From positions 1-40,028 of IMG/VR virus record IMGVR_UViG_3300011435_000026: 40,028 bases of DNA; one strand, 5' to 3'. The first letter of the stretch is position 1. Each line of letters begins with the position of its first letter. The DNA is from a virus (Duplodnaviria > Caudoviricetes). The position numbers and the translations under genes were made by a program. The notes under the pieces were generated by a model. That model was given only the letters and a program-made list of their open reading frames with translations. It was not told the DNA's origin and made no database searches. This document shows positions 1 through 9,497 of this stretch, in pieces.

Positions 1-15
1 AGCGGAAGCGCTTGA
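1..15. repeat. Terminal overlap (AGCGGAAGCGCTTGA), identical to 40014-40028; circular or permuted assembly
   Basis: Exact 15-nt identity of the two ends; the minus-strand tail-fibre frame continues in phase across the join (...LRAPVKRFR|YKGNNAY...). Confidence 0.9.
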
Positions 16-2251
16 CGGGCGCGCGAAGGATCTCGGCCAGGGCGTCGGACGGGATTAAATCGTCTCCGAGCAAATCCTTGGTGTCGAGCGAGGATGTCTG
101 CGTGCCGACGATGGTGCCCGTGCGGTCGGAGGTGGTACCACCGTCTTCAACGGGAGCAGTCGCTTTGATGCGCAACATGCCCGGAGCCGCCGATGAATCA
201 GCCCACACGAAACTATTTGCGTCACCTTGCCCGATAAAGTTCACCCACCCAGCCGCACCGCTCCCGCTCGAATTTCTGCCAACATAGACACCGTTACCCT
301 CGACTCCCGTTCCGTTAGCCTTGCCCACAACATGCAGATAAGCCGTGGTCGCAGTCCATGCGAGCGTAATTCTCTGTGTGCCTGCTACTGTTTGCAACCC
401 GATGACGCCTGTTGTGTCATTCTTTGAATAAATGTCGGCACCACTGGTGACATCCCCCGCCGCCCTGAAATTGGTCGCACCGGGGTCCGTGGTGTCGCCC
501 ACACTCACGCCATGTGAGGCATGGGCCTTGAGGGTCGTCGTGCCGAAGATGGCCTCGCCCGAGACGGTGAGCAGGCCCGCGTCAGACAAGGACGCCAACA
601 CGTTCGCCTCGGCCGCGTCCAGAAATTGCAACCCCGTGGCGCCGCCCGTGAAGATCGAATTTGTCCCGCTCCGAGACCGCATGACCTTTTGGGAGCCGCC
701 GTAGCCGTAGAGGTAACTCGTATCCGTCCCGGCGTTACCCGAGATCGTCCACATCGATTCACCACCCACCGACACGGTGACGGCCCCGGCCGTGGCCAGC
801 GTCCCCCCGAAGCTGGCCGCGCCTGACCCGAACGTGACCGTCCCATTTGAGGCGTTATTGATCGCGAGCGTGAGGCCCTGCACAGAGAGCGGCAGATACG
901 CGCTACCCGTCCGGTTGTAAGCCCGGATGTTGCCCTGACTGGTATCCCACGCGATCTCCACACCTGAGCCTGATGCGGGGGCAGACTCACCCGTTGCGCG
1001 AATCGTGCCCGCAACACCAAGCGTGCCGGTCAATAAGGCCGCGCTGTCGATCTTCTGGCCGTTGTAGGTGCCGCCGGTGACCGCGCCCGTCACGGCCAGC
1101 GAGGCCAAGGTCCCCACACTGGTGAGCGAACTGGCCAGCACGTTGGCTGCTAGAGTGGCCCCGGTGAGGGTGCCCGCTGCCGCCGCGACCGTAATCGCCG
1201 CCGAGCCATCAAAGTTCGTCCCGTTGATCGCCCGCGCGGTCTGCAAGGTGGTCGCCGTGAGCGCATTCCCCGTGGTTGATCCGCTGGTGCCGCTCACATT
1301 GCCGGTGACGTTGCCCGTCAGCGCGCCCGTGAAGCCCCCATTGCCCGTGATCACCCCACTCGCCGTGATCGCCGCCGCAATCACCGTCCCCGTCAGCGTC
1401 GGACTCGCCGACAGGACGACATTCCCGGTCCCCGTCATCGCGTTACTGACGAGCGCCTTCGATCCATTGGTGAACACCGGCAACGACGCCGTGAGCGCCG
1501 ACACCACCGGCGCCGCCGTCAGCGTGGCCACCCCCGTGACTAACAGCGTCCCCCCGACCGTGGCATTCCCCGACACGGCGAGACTGGTGAACGCCCCGAC
1601 CCCGCCATTGAGCGCGCCACTCACCACCAACGACGTGGCGCTATCGGCCGGCCCGACAAAGCGCGCCAACGCCGGCGCCGTGGACGCCAAGGCCCCCGCT
1701 GTCGCGCTCACGTAATACGCCGCGCCCGGCGTCAACCCCGAGAGATCCGTGATGCGCCCCTGGAGTCGGATCGATCCCGACGCGCCCGCCGCAATCGCGA
1801 CCGGGACCATCCCGATCGCATTGGCGGCACTGGAGGTCGCCGCCGCATCGGCATCCGCTAGGTACCACCGCCCCGCCGTCGTGCCGCCCGCGCCGGTCGA
1901 GAGGTAGACCACGGTTCCCACGCCGAGCGCCTCGCCGGCGGTCCCCGGCACGTCCAGATTCGCGGAAAACGGACTCGCCGCCGCGACCCCATCCACCGAC
2001 CAGACCGCGACATCTGCACTCGTCTTCAGGACGAATTTATAGGTCGTGGCCGCGAGAAACACCGTGGCGCGTCCCGCCCCATCCAGCACGATCGGATTCT
2101 CGTGCGCGACGGTCAGCCCCGCATCGCTATAGGTGGCCTGATCGGTGACCGTGCCACTGGCGTACGTGTACAGCTTCCCCCCGGCCAGCGGATCGCCGTT
2201 GGCGTCGAAGCCGTGAAACACCGGCCACGGAATAATCGTGCCAAGTGACGT
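1..2251 (-). CDS. Tail fibre/tailspike, N-terminal and central part (continues through the origin to 39772; about 830 aa in total)
   Basis: Manually translated for 1-1080 and 1981-2251 with no stop and the same frame; the Ala/Gly/Thr-rich middle was only spot-checked. N-terminus SLGTIIPWPVFHGFDANGDPLAGGKLYTYASGT...HENPIVLDGAGR resembles podophage fibre anchor domains; TSSLDTKD precedes an S74-like chaperone. No ATG at the expected start. Confidence 0.85.
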
Positions 2252-2268
2252 ATCGTTACCCTCGTCCT

Positions 2269-2448
2269 ATGCGTGTCCTGGTCGGCCTGTACTGGCTGCT
2301 CGTCATCCTCGCCCTCACCGTCGCGGTCATCGCTTGGGTTCTCGGCTACCTTCCGCCGCCTTCGGAAACGGAATCGCCACACCCGCCTCCTGCGCCGCGC
2401 GTGCAAACTGCCCCGCCGCCGCCACCTGGGCCGCCGGCTTGGCATTGA
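2269..2448 (+). CDS. Possible small membrane protein (one TM helix plus Pro-rich tail), antisense to the end of the ejection gene
   Basis: MRVLVGLYWLLVILALTVAVIAWVLGYLPPP...; TACCCT lies 6 nt before the ATG (leaderless-type spacing); overlaps 2327-2448 of the opposite-strand gene. Confidence 0.35.
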   Translation: MRVLVGLYWLLVILALTVAVIAWVLGYLPPPSETESPHPPPAPRVQTAPPPPPGPPAWH

Positions 2449-4453
2449 CCGACATCCGCAACCCCGTGGTCAGGAACTGCACGCCCTTGGGGCTATGCAA
2501 AATCTTCGACAGCGCGCCGGATCCGAGAATGAGCGGGATCCCGGTCTGTGGGCTGGTCACCGCGAGGATCGTCTGCCCAAAGGAATTGGCGGTCAGCGCC
2601 GTGCCGCTCGGGTTCGGGCTTTCCCCGATCTTTTCCGCCAGCCGAAAAAACTGATCGATCGCGTCGATCTGGCCGGGCTGCGGAAAGAGCACGCGCTTGG
2701 TCTCCGCCCCCAGGCGCTGCCAGTCCGCGCGCGCTTTGGCCGCAAACTGAAACCCGCCTCCTGAGGTCGGCCGCTCCAGAATGTCGTCGAGCACCGCGCG
2801 CGCCACCTGTGGCACTTCCTCCGGCGTCATCTGCTGCAACTGCCGCAGCTTCGCCACGCCCGCATCATCACTCGCCGTCAGGCGATTGAACACCGCGCGC
2901 GGTTCGCTGCCCGCGCCGCTGATGAAGTCCCGCGCCTCACTGGTGGCAAACTTCGCGCGCGTGGCGGCCCGGCCGTCTTCGAGCGCCTCCAGGACGTGCG
3001 GCCCCGCCTCAGCGGCCCGCGCGCGCACCCGCGCATCCAACTGCTTGACCGCTTGCGCCGCAATCCCCTGCCCACTGGAGCGCAACTCGGGCAAATCGTG
3101 ATTGCGGGCCAGCGATTTCAGATCGCCCAACGCTTCATCGACGATCGAGAGGGGCGCAAAGTCCGGGCCGGCCGCTGATGCAGTCCCGCGTCCGTGCGCC
3201 GGCTTCGGGCCGTTGATCAGGCTATCCAGCGCTGTGGCCGCGCGCCCTTCGGCGCCCATCAACTGGCCCGTGATCTCGCGCTTCTTCATCAGCCGATCGA
3301 GGATCGGCTTCAGCGCCACCTTTGCGTCCCGCAGATCCACGGCTAGTTGCTGCGTGGCGGTCGCGTCGATCTTGACGGACGTGGTGATGGGTCGACCCTG
3401 GTTATCGAGCGCGCTGGTTGGCACCTGGACCGAGGTTTTCCCTCCGGTCGGCACCACCTCGGGCGTGGCCCGCGCTTCCAGTTGCCGCAGCTTGGCGTAC
3501 GCCGCGCTGGCCTCGCCGTGGTACTTGACGATCTTCGCATCGAGCGCCGCGCGCACGCCTTCCCCGGCACTCACCGGCGTGGCCGGCCGCCCCGCCGCCG
3601 CATCCTTCAACTCGCCCGCCACGCGCTTCAACGCCGTCCCCTGTGCTGCACCGGCTTTGCCGGCCACCACGGACCCCAGCGGCGAGCGATCCGCCATCGA
3701 CTGGATCCCTTGCACGTAGCGATTGCCTGTCGCCGTGGCCGCATCAATCGGCACGCCACGCTCCCGCCCGAACTGCACGGCGGCACTCTCGGCGGCCGTA
3801 CGCGGCTGGGGCAGCACCTTACCGACCTGTGCGCCGACTTGCCCCACGACTTTGGGCGCCACCAGCGACAGGCCCAAACCCGTGGCATCCCCCAGCGCTT
3901 CGGCGGTACGCCCTTCACGCAGCGCATCGCCCATCTGATTGAAATCCGGCCCGAGCATCGGGATCAAGCCGAACAGGCTTTTGATCGCCGCCGAGCCGTA
4001 ATCGCCCTGGTCGTACGCGGCTTTGGCTTGCTCAAACACCTGTTGCGTGGATTGCCCCATATTGCGCAAGGTGTTGATCGGGCCATACTGCTCGGCCTCG
4101 GCATCCTCGGCGCCCAGCGCCCGCGCGGCGGCTTCGGGGATCACCATCCGCCCCAGTGCTTGCGCGGCCGGAATCGGATTGAGCCGATCGCCCACGCGCG
4201 ACAGGAACGTGCCCAGCCCGCCGGCCGCCGGCTGACTCGGCGAGGCCACGCGCGGCGCCGTCGATCGCGCGGACGCCCCCGCCTTCAGATCCCACAGATC
4301 CGCCTTCACGTCGGCCGGCATCGCCAGCGCCGCCAACCGCGTGGCCAGATCATCGGCATCGCGCGCCTGATCGAACGCGTCCCACGCATCCGCACGCAGC
4401 CGCGGCGTGAGCGGCGCGACACGCAGCCGATCAGCGACGGGATCTTGTGGCAT
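2327..4453 (-). CDS. Large DNA ejection (internal virion) protein, P22 gp16-like position
   Basis: 708 aa, Ala-rich and helical; last of the ejection cluster before the tail fibre. Confidence 0.7.
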   Translation of the reverse strand: MPQDPVADRLRVAPLTPRLRADAWDAFDQARDADDLATRLAALAMPADVKADLWDLKAGASARSTAPRVASPSQPAAGGLGTFLSRVGDRLNPIPAAQALGRMVIPEAAARALGAEDAEAEQYGPINTLRNMGQSTQQVFEQAKAAYDQGDYGSAAIKSLFGLIPMLGPDFNQMGDALREGRTAEALGDATGLGLSLVAPKVVGQVGAQVGKVLPQPRTAAESAAVQFGRERGVPIDAATATGNRYVQGIQSMADRSPLGSVVAGKAGAAQGTALKRVAGELKDAAAGRPATPVSAGEGVRAALDAKIVKYHGEASAAYAKLRQLEARATPEVVPTGGKTSVQVPTSALDNQGRPITTSVKIDATATQQLAVDLRDAKVALKPILDRLMKKREITGQLMGAEGRAATALDSLINGPKPAHGRGTASAAGPDFAPLSIVDEALGDLKSLARNHDLPELRSSGQGIAAQAVKQLDARVRARAAEAGPHVLEALEDGRAATRAKFATSEARDFISGAGSEPRAVFNRLTASDDAGVAKLRQLQQMTPEEVPQVARAVLDDILERPTSGGGFQFAAKARADWQRLGAETKRVLFPQPGQIDAIDQFFRLAEKIGESPNPSGTALTANSFGQTILAVTSPQTGIPLILGSGALSKILHSPKGVQFLTTGLRMSVNAKPAAQVAAAGQFARAAQEAGVAIPFPKAAEGSREPKR

Positions 4454-4457
4454 TCAC

Positions 4458-5822
4458 CTATTTCCGAAACGGATTCTTGGGCGCCGCGGGCGTGGCCGGC
4501 GGTGTCACGGGGCGCGGCGCGGATCCCGTCTCGGGCTGCATCGCCGCCATGATCCGCCGCACCCGGTCGATCTTCGACGCCGCCAACGTCCGGTTATCCG
4601 TCGGTTTGGGAAACAGATCCCGCACGGAGTCCACATCGAGCTGCGTCAACACGCCCGTGTGCCCCACCGCCCGCGCGACCATGGGAATGAACCCATTCAC
4701 GAGGGCTTGATACTCCGACACCGTGTTATCCATGTTGCCGGCCGCCATCCCGCGACGGGTCAACCCGCTCAGATTGGCCAGCGGGCCACTCCCCGACGTG
4801 TTGATCTGCTGCGAGAGCCCGTCGATCTCCGACAAGATCGCGTCCACCGTCGCCGGCCCGCTCGCCTTGGCCGTCGTCTTCGGCGAGGTCTTCACGCCGC
4901 CTTGCGCGCGCACTTCCTCCGCCGTCATGAACTGAATGACGGGATTCCCGGCATCGTCCACGGTCTCGATCCGCTGAAAACTCTTCGCCGCGGGCGCGGA
5001 GGGTTCCCGCGGCACACTCGCAATCCGCTTCCCCTGCGCGTCATACCGCACACTCCCCGGCGAGAGCGTAAACGGTTCCGGCTCCTTGGGCGGAGGGACC
5101 GGCTTGGGCACGTTCGCCAAGGGCTGGCCCGCGGCATCAAACCGCGTCTGCCCTTCGGACAAGGTAAACGGCTCGGGCGGCTTCACCACGTCTTCGATCT
5201 GCTGAAACAGATCCTGGGCGTCCATCGCTTGCGCGACCATCGCTTTGAGCGCCGGCAGCTTGAACACCGGATCGAGCGCCTCTTCGGGCACGAGTCCCCG
5301 CCGGATCACATCCGCCCGCGCCTCGCTATAGGCCGCTTGTCGCTCCGGAGGTGGCAACTTCGCGACCGCCGTCCAGAGACTCCCCGCCACGCGCGCCAAG
5401 TCGTCCACCTTCTGCTTCTGCATCAGGAGCGCCGACTTCTCTTCGGCCCCGGCCCGATCCCAGAGCGCCAGCGCCGCCGCCGGATCGATCGCCATCGTCT
5501 CCCGTGCGGCCTGCCCAAAGTTTGGTTTCCCGGTCTCGGGATCGACCGAGCCGGCCAAGATCCGCCGCTTCTCCGCTTCGGCCCGTGCGGCGGCCTCGGC
5601 CGCGCGCTGCTTCGGCGCGTCCGCGGCGCGCTGGCCCATCATCCCGGCCACCTGACCGGCCACCCCCGCCAATTGCTGGCCCATCGACGCGGAGATATCC
5701 CCACGGCGGAGCACAAGTGCCGCCTGATCATCCGCGCGACGGCGCGCGAGTTCCGCCATGCGGATCGTGCCGGGACTGGCGTCATAGGGTTGGCCCACAT
5801 AGGGCACGGCGGTACGTGGCAT
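4458..5822 (-). CDS. DNA ejection protein
   Basis: 454 aa with repeated PFTLSEGQTRFDAAG / PFTLSPGSVRYDAQG motifs typical of podophage ejection proteins; TAATG coupling to the upstream gene. Confidence 0.7.
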   Translation of the reverse strand: MPRTAVPYVGQPYDASPGTIRMAELARRRADDQAALVLRRGDISASMGQQLAGVAGQVAGMMGQRAADAPKQRAAEAAARAEAEKRRILAGSVDPETGKPNFGQAARETMAIDPAAALALWDRAGAEEKSALLMQKQKVDDLARVAGSLWTAVAKLPPPERQAAYSEARADVIRRGLVPEEALDPVFKLPALKAMVAQAMDAQDLFQQIEDVVKPPEPFTLSEGQTRFDAAGQPLANVPKPVPPPKEPEPFTLSPGSVRYDAQGKRIASVPREPSAPAAKSFQRIETVDDAGNPVIQFMTAEEVRAQGGVKTSPKTTAKASGPATVDAILSEIDGLSQQINTSGSGPLANLSGLTRRGMAAGNMDNTVSEYQALVNGFIPMVARAVGHTGVLTQLDVDSVRDLFPKPTDNRTLAASKIDRVRRIMAAMQPETGSAPRPVTPPATPAAPKNPFRK

Positions 5823-7351
5823 TACGCGGCTCCCATCGTCGCCAAGAACCGCTCTCTTTCTTCATCCATTACGGCCTTCTTCCAGTCGTCATCGATCGAG
5901 TCGCGGTAGCGGCGATACGCCTCGTCATTGCCGTAGACGTTGCGGCGGAAGTTGTCGTCGCTCTTAAAGACCATCGTCCGATAGGCGTCGTCGCGCTGAT
6001 CGCGCGTGCCCTGGAACTGCCGCGCGCGCTGGGCTTCGTCTTGCGCCACTTGCGCGCGCCACGCTTCCATTTTGGGCGCCAGTTCCGCCTGGCTGCCCTG
6101 GAACTGACTCGCAAAGGTCGACATCGCGGCATCCACCGATCGATCGTACGCCGCCGTGCTGCTGGCCATGTCCCGGTCATAGCCCTGGTTGGCTTGATCG
6201 GTGTTCGCCTGCCACGCGTTGAACCCCGCTCCGTATTGATCTTTGGCGGCCTGGTAGTCGCGATCGTAGCCTTGGTTCGCCTGATCGGCGTTGGCTTGCC
6301 ACGCATTGAACCCCGCCCCGTACTGGTCTTGGGCCGCTTGATAGTCGCGGTCGTAGCCTTGATTGGCCTGGTCGGTGTTGGCTTGCCAGGCGGTCAGATC
6401 CTGCCCGAACTGCGTATCGCGCCCCGCCTCATTCGCGCCCCAGGTCGAGAACCCACGGTCGTAGGCGTCCCGATTCGCCGCGCTGTTGCGATCGTAGGCG
6501 CCCTGCCGCGAGGACACATTCGCGTCGAACGTATCGCGCGCGCGGCCGTAGGCGTTGCCGAACTCCTGCGACGCCGACGCGCCCGCGTAGTCGATGAGGC
6601 CCTTCTGGGCGCCGCCCGTGCGGACCGTGCCTTGCGCCGCGGCGCTGTTTTCGAGCGCCTGGAGGCCCTGTTGCAGCCGGAACTGATAGCCGGGATCGGT
6701 CGTCAGCGTCTCGGCGGTCGGCCCGCTGAACTGATCCGCCGCGCCATAGTCCACCGGGCCCGCCGTGCCCGCAAAGTGCGTCCGATCGGTGCGCACGGGT
6801 GCGGCCGTGGCCGCCTGCCGCGTCGGGGCGGTGAAGCTGCCCGGCGCCGCCGGTGTCGCCTGCCGCGTCGGCGCCGTGAAGCTCCCCGGCGCGGCCGGTG
6901 TTGCCTGGCGGATCGGCGCGACATAGGCCCCCGGCATCTGCAAGGTGGGCGCGGTGTAGGTGGGCGCCGCCAACTGCGAGAGGGTCTGCGTGCCGGTGTC
7001 CGTCGTCGGCTCGTCCGCCATCGGCACCCGGACCGCCGGACCCAGACGGTCCCAGCCCGCCGCCGCCGTCGCCTGCTCCCCCCAGGAGCCCCCGAACCCC
7101 TCCCCCAGCATGTTGGGCGCCGGCGGCAACGCCGGCCGGGACGGTTGGACCCCGCCGGTCTGGGCCAACACGTCGGGCGAAAAGTTATTCACCTGGCTTG
7201 GCGCGTTCTGCTCGTTCCAGGAACGGTTCGCGGCCCAGTCCTTGCCTGAACCGATGCGGACGCCCATGGGGTCAATTTCAAACCAATCGGCGTCGTACGT
7301 TTTTCCGTTGAAGTCGGTTGCGATGTCACACCACCAATCCTTCGCGTACAA
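5822..7351 (-). CDS. DNA ejection/pilot protein; its probable original start (ATG GCG TTA at 7847-7839) is separated by an HNH insertion
   Basis: TDPGYQFRLQQGLQALENSAAAQG...GGAQKGLIDYAGASASQEFGNAYGR is a typical podophage DNA-transfer protein motif; the current start is TTG without a clear RBS. Confidence 0.75.
   Translation of the reverse strand: MYAKDWWCDIATDFNGKTYDADWFEIDPMGVRIGSGKDWAANRSWNEQNAPSQVNNFSPDVLAQTGGVQPSRPALPPAPNMLGEGFGGSWGEQATAAAGWDRLGPAVRVPMADEPTTDTGTQTLSQLAAPTYTAPTLQMPGAYVAPIRQATPAAPGSFTAPTRQATPAAPGSFTAPTRQAATAAPVRTDRTHFAGTAGPVDYGAADQFSGPTAETLTTDPGYQFRLQQGLQALENSAAAQGTVRTGGAQKGLIDYAGASASQEFGNAYGRARDTFDANVSSRQGAYDRNSAANRDAYDRGFSTWGANEAGRDTQFGQDLTAWQANTDQANQGYDRDYQAAQDQYGAGFNAWQANADQANQGYDRDYQAAKDQYGAGFNAWQANTDQANQGYDRDMASSTAAYDRSVDAAMSTFASQFQGSQAELAPKMEAWRAQVAQDEAQRARQFQGTRDQRDDAYRTMVFKSDDNFRRNVYGNDEAYRRYRDSIDDDWKKAVMDEERERFLATMGAA
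6170..6392. repeat. In-frame tandem repeat, 87-nt unit (AWQANTDQANQGYDRDYQAAQDQYGAGFN), about 2.5 copies
   Basis: Visible in both the DNA and the translation of 5822-7351. Confidence 0.85.
6812..6920. repeat. In-frame tandem repeat, 45-nt unit (APTRQATPAAPGSFT), about 2.5 copies
   Basis: Visible in both the DNA and the translation of 5822-7351. Confidence 0.85.
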
Positions 7352-7355
7352 TAAC

Positions 7356-7390
7356 GAAGCGCGGCAGGAGTGGATTCCTGGCCGCGCTTC
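7356..7390. promoter_or_regulatory. Strong hairpin at the left end of the HNH cassette
   Basis: GAAGCGCGGC-AGGA-gtggat-TCCT-g-GCCGCGCTTC; followed by an AAGGAGGT RBS and the HNH GTG start. Confidence 0.7.
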
Positions 7391-7415
7391 TCACCAGCGA
7401 CCCCAAGGAGGTCAC

Positions 7416-7841
7416 GTGGCTCGAAAAAGTATACAAGAACGATTCTGGGCGAAGGTTCGCAAGACTGAAACGTGCTGGCTCTGGCTTGCCGTCACGACTC
7501 GGTTCGGATACGGACTTCTCCGTGTCGGAACAAAGAACTGGCGCGCCCATCGCTTGTCGTGGATGTGGACGAATGGGCCTATTCCTAACGGGTTGTCCGT
7601 CCTGCATCGCTGTGATAATCCCGGCTGTGTCCGAGTCGATCATCTGTTCCTCGGAACGCAGGCCGATAACATGACCGACAAGACGCAGAAAGGCCGCGCC
7701 CGTTCTGTTTTGACGGCAGACTCGGTACGCGCAATTCGATCTGCCACTGGAACACTTAAGGAAATGGCACACGCCTTTAACACCACACCATCTAATGCGC
7801 ATCTGATTCGCCGTCGAAAAAATTGGCGGTGGCTGGAATAA
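7416..7841 (+). CDS. HNH homing endonuclease with C-terminal HTH-like tail
   Basis: RFWAKVRKTETCWLW...GYG...AHRLSW...VLHRCDNPGCVRVDHLFLGTQADNMTD; GTG start behind AAGGAGGT. Confidence 0.9.
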   Translation: MARKSIQERFWAKVRKTETCWLWLAVTTRFGYGLLRVGTKNWRAHRLSWMWTNGPIPNGLSVLHRCDNPGCVRVDHLFLGTQADNMTDKTQKGRARSVLTADSVRAIRSATGTLKEMAHAFNTTPSNAHLIRRRKNWRWLE

Positions 7842-7846
7842 CGCCA

Positions 7847-8743
7847 TTACACCGCTCCCGCTTTCCAGCGCAGATGCCGCGTGCGGTCCGCGCGCTGTTG
7901 GGCTAAGGCCCCCAGCGTCAAATCCTCGGCCGCCAGCGGATCCACCGGTGCCGCCGCCGGCCCTGAGGCCAACGTCGCCATCGAGACATCCCCCGCGGCC
8001 ATGGGGGGCGCCAGCGTGGCCATCGGCGCGCCCGGATCGGTCGGTGGCAGCGTCGGTGCAGGACTCGTCGGGGCGGGCGCGGGCGCGTCCGGGACCACCC
8101 GTGCGGCAAGCGGCGGCGGCGCCTCCGTCCCCGCGGTCGGCGGCACCCCGCCCACCGGATCGGCCTGCCACGCCAACGCCCCACCCGTGGCTCCGGCACC
8201 GCGGCCATAGTCGACATCGAACGACCCTTGCCAGTTGCTGAAACTGAAGGTGTCGCCGTCGACGCGCGTCACCCGATGACCCAGCGCGTTCATCCCGGGT
8301 TCGATGTACTGCCGGAACCACGCCGCCAACGCCGCTTTATCCTCCAGCGGCGGCGACGGCGCCGCATTCGCCAACGCGGCAAACGCGTCCTTCGCGCTGC
8401 GGCCCGTATTTTGTTCGCGCGCGGTGTCAAACCCTTCCATCGCGTGCGTCGGCGTAAACCCCGTGAACACCTGCGCGGTCGGCATGGTCGGCGTGGTCGG
8501 CGTCACGGGTGATGGCCCCCCAACCGGCATGGTGCTCGACGCGGGCGGGCGCGCCGCATAGGCCACCGCTTCCGGTGTCGCTGCGATGCCTGACACCGCC
8601 GCCGCAATCGCCTCCGGCGTGGTCCCGCCACTGAGCCACCCCTCGATCACCGAGGAGGACTCCGGCGGCCGCCCCAGATGCTGCTGGTAGGCGCTGCGAA
8701 TCGCGTCGTACGCTTCGGCCCAGCTAGACACGCGCGCCTCCAC
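7847..8743 (-). CDS. Internal virion/ejection-cluster protein
   Basis: 298 aa, Pro/Ala-rich, in the ejection gene cluster and overlapping both neighbours. Confidence 0.6.
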   Translation of the reverse strand: MEARVSSWAEAYDAIRSAYQQHLGRPPESSSVIEGWLSGGTTPEAIAAAVSGIAATPEAVAYAARPPASSTMPVGGPSPVTPTTPTMPTAQVFTGFTPTHAMEGFDTAREQNTGRSAKDAFAALANAAPSPPLEDKAALAAWFRQYIEPGMNALGHRVTRVDGDTFSFSNWQGSFDVDYGRGAGATGGALAWQADPVGGVPPTAGTEAPPPLAARVVPDAPAPAPTSPAPTLPPTDPGAPMATLAPPMAAGDVSMATLASGPAAAPVDPLAAEDLTLGALAQQRADRTRHLRWKAGAV

Positions 8744-9497
8744 TCGCCAACGCGCCCATGGGCGGCAAGCGGAACCCGTACCGGATCAACTCATCCAGCC
8801 GCTCGGGCGGCAAATCGGCCACTTCGCCCTGGGTCAGCAGGCGATCCACCGTCGGTGTGGGCGCCGTGGACGTGGCCATCGGCTGATAGGAGGCCACCTC
8901 CGCCAGCGTGCGCGAGGCACTGGGTGCGCCCCCGACACGGGGCGCGACCGGAGGCGCAGGAGTGGTCGCCGCAATAGGCATCGGCTGCGCCACAGGCGCC
9001 GCTACGCTCGGATCCGCCACGCTGGGCGCCGGACGGCCCGCCTTCGCGCTGAGCGCCGCAATGGCCCCTCGACCGGCGGCGCGATACGGCTCGCGACGGG
9101 TCTGCTCAGCGGCCCAGCGTTCTTTGTCGGTCGCTTCGGCGCGCAATCGCTCATCGAGCGTGGCTTGCTCTAGTCGACGCCGATCCGCCTCCTCGCGCAG
9201 CCGGTCCTGTTGCGCGATCTCGTAGCGCCGCTGCTCTTCGGTCGCCTGTCGGGTGACTTCGGCCTGCTCGGCGTCCCACTGCTCCTTCGCGCGGGCCTGC
9301 AGTTGGTCGTACTCCAGCCGGCGGCGCGTTTCCGCCTCCCGCTCGAAGGCTAGCGCCTCTTGACTCGCCCGCTCTTGGATCTGGCCGGCCTGTCGCGCGG
9401 CGCCCCCCTGGGTCCTGGCGGAATAGACGGCCCCGCCGGTGGCCACGCCCGCGCCCACCGCCCCCCAAAACGCCGGTAAGGCCAAGAGCGCCGGCAT
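8724..9497 (-). CDS. DNA ejection protein, P22 gp7-like position
   Basis: Starts MPALLALPAFWGAVGAGVATGGAVYSARTQGGAARQAGQIQ (Gly/Ala hydrophobic N-terminus, then coiled coil and EPYRAAGRGA); TGATG overlap. Confidence 0.75.
   Translation of the reverse strand: MPALLALPAFWGAVGAGVATGGAVYSARTQGGAARQAGQIQERASQEALAFEREAETRRRLEYDQLQARAKEQWDAEQAEVTRQATEEQRRYEIAQQDRLREEADRRRLEQATLDERLRAEATDKERWAAEQTRREPYRAAGRGAIAALSAKAGRPAPSVADPSVAAPVAQPMPIAATTPAPPVAPRVGGAPSASRTLAEVASYQPMATSTAPTPTVDRLLTQGEVADLPPERLDELIRYGFRLPPMGALASGGARV

Larger units (their letters stand above)
7350..7843 (+). mobile_element. 487-bp HNH cassette flanked by 7-bp direct repeats (AATAACG at 7350-7356 and 7837-7843)
   Basis: Removing 7357-7843 restores ATG GCG TTA TTG TAC GCG (MALLYAKDWW), coupled by TAATG to the upstream gene; the insert is more AT-rich than its flanks. 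Confidence 0.8.

Noticed and set aside
1-15. Biological terminal repeat or att site
   Set aside because: It lies mid-gene and is best explained as the assembly overlap of a circularly permuted genome.
7357-7843. Group I or II intron carrying the HNH
   Set aside because: The HNH is antisense and fills almost the whole insert; the remaining ~60 nt cannot hold a ribozyme core.
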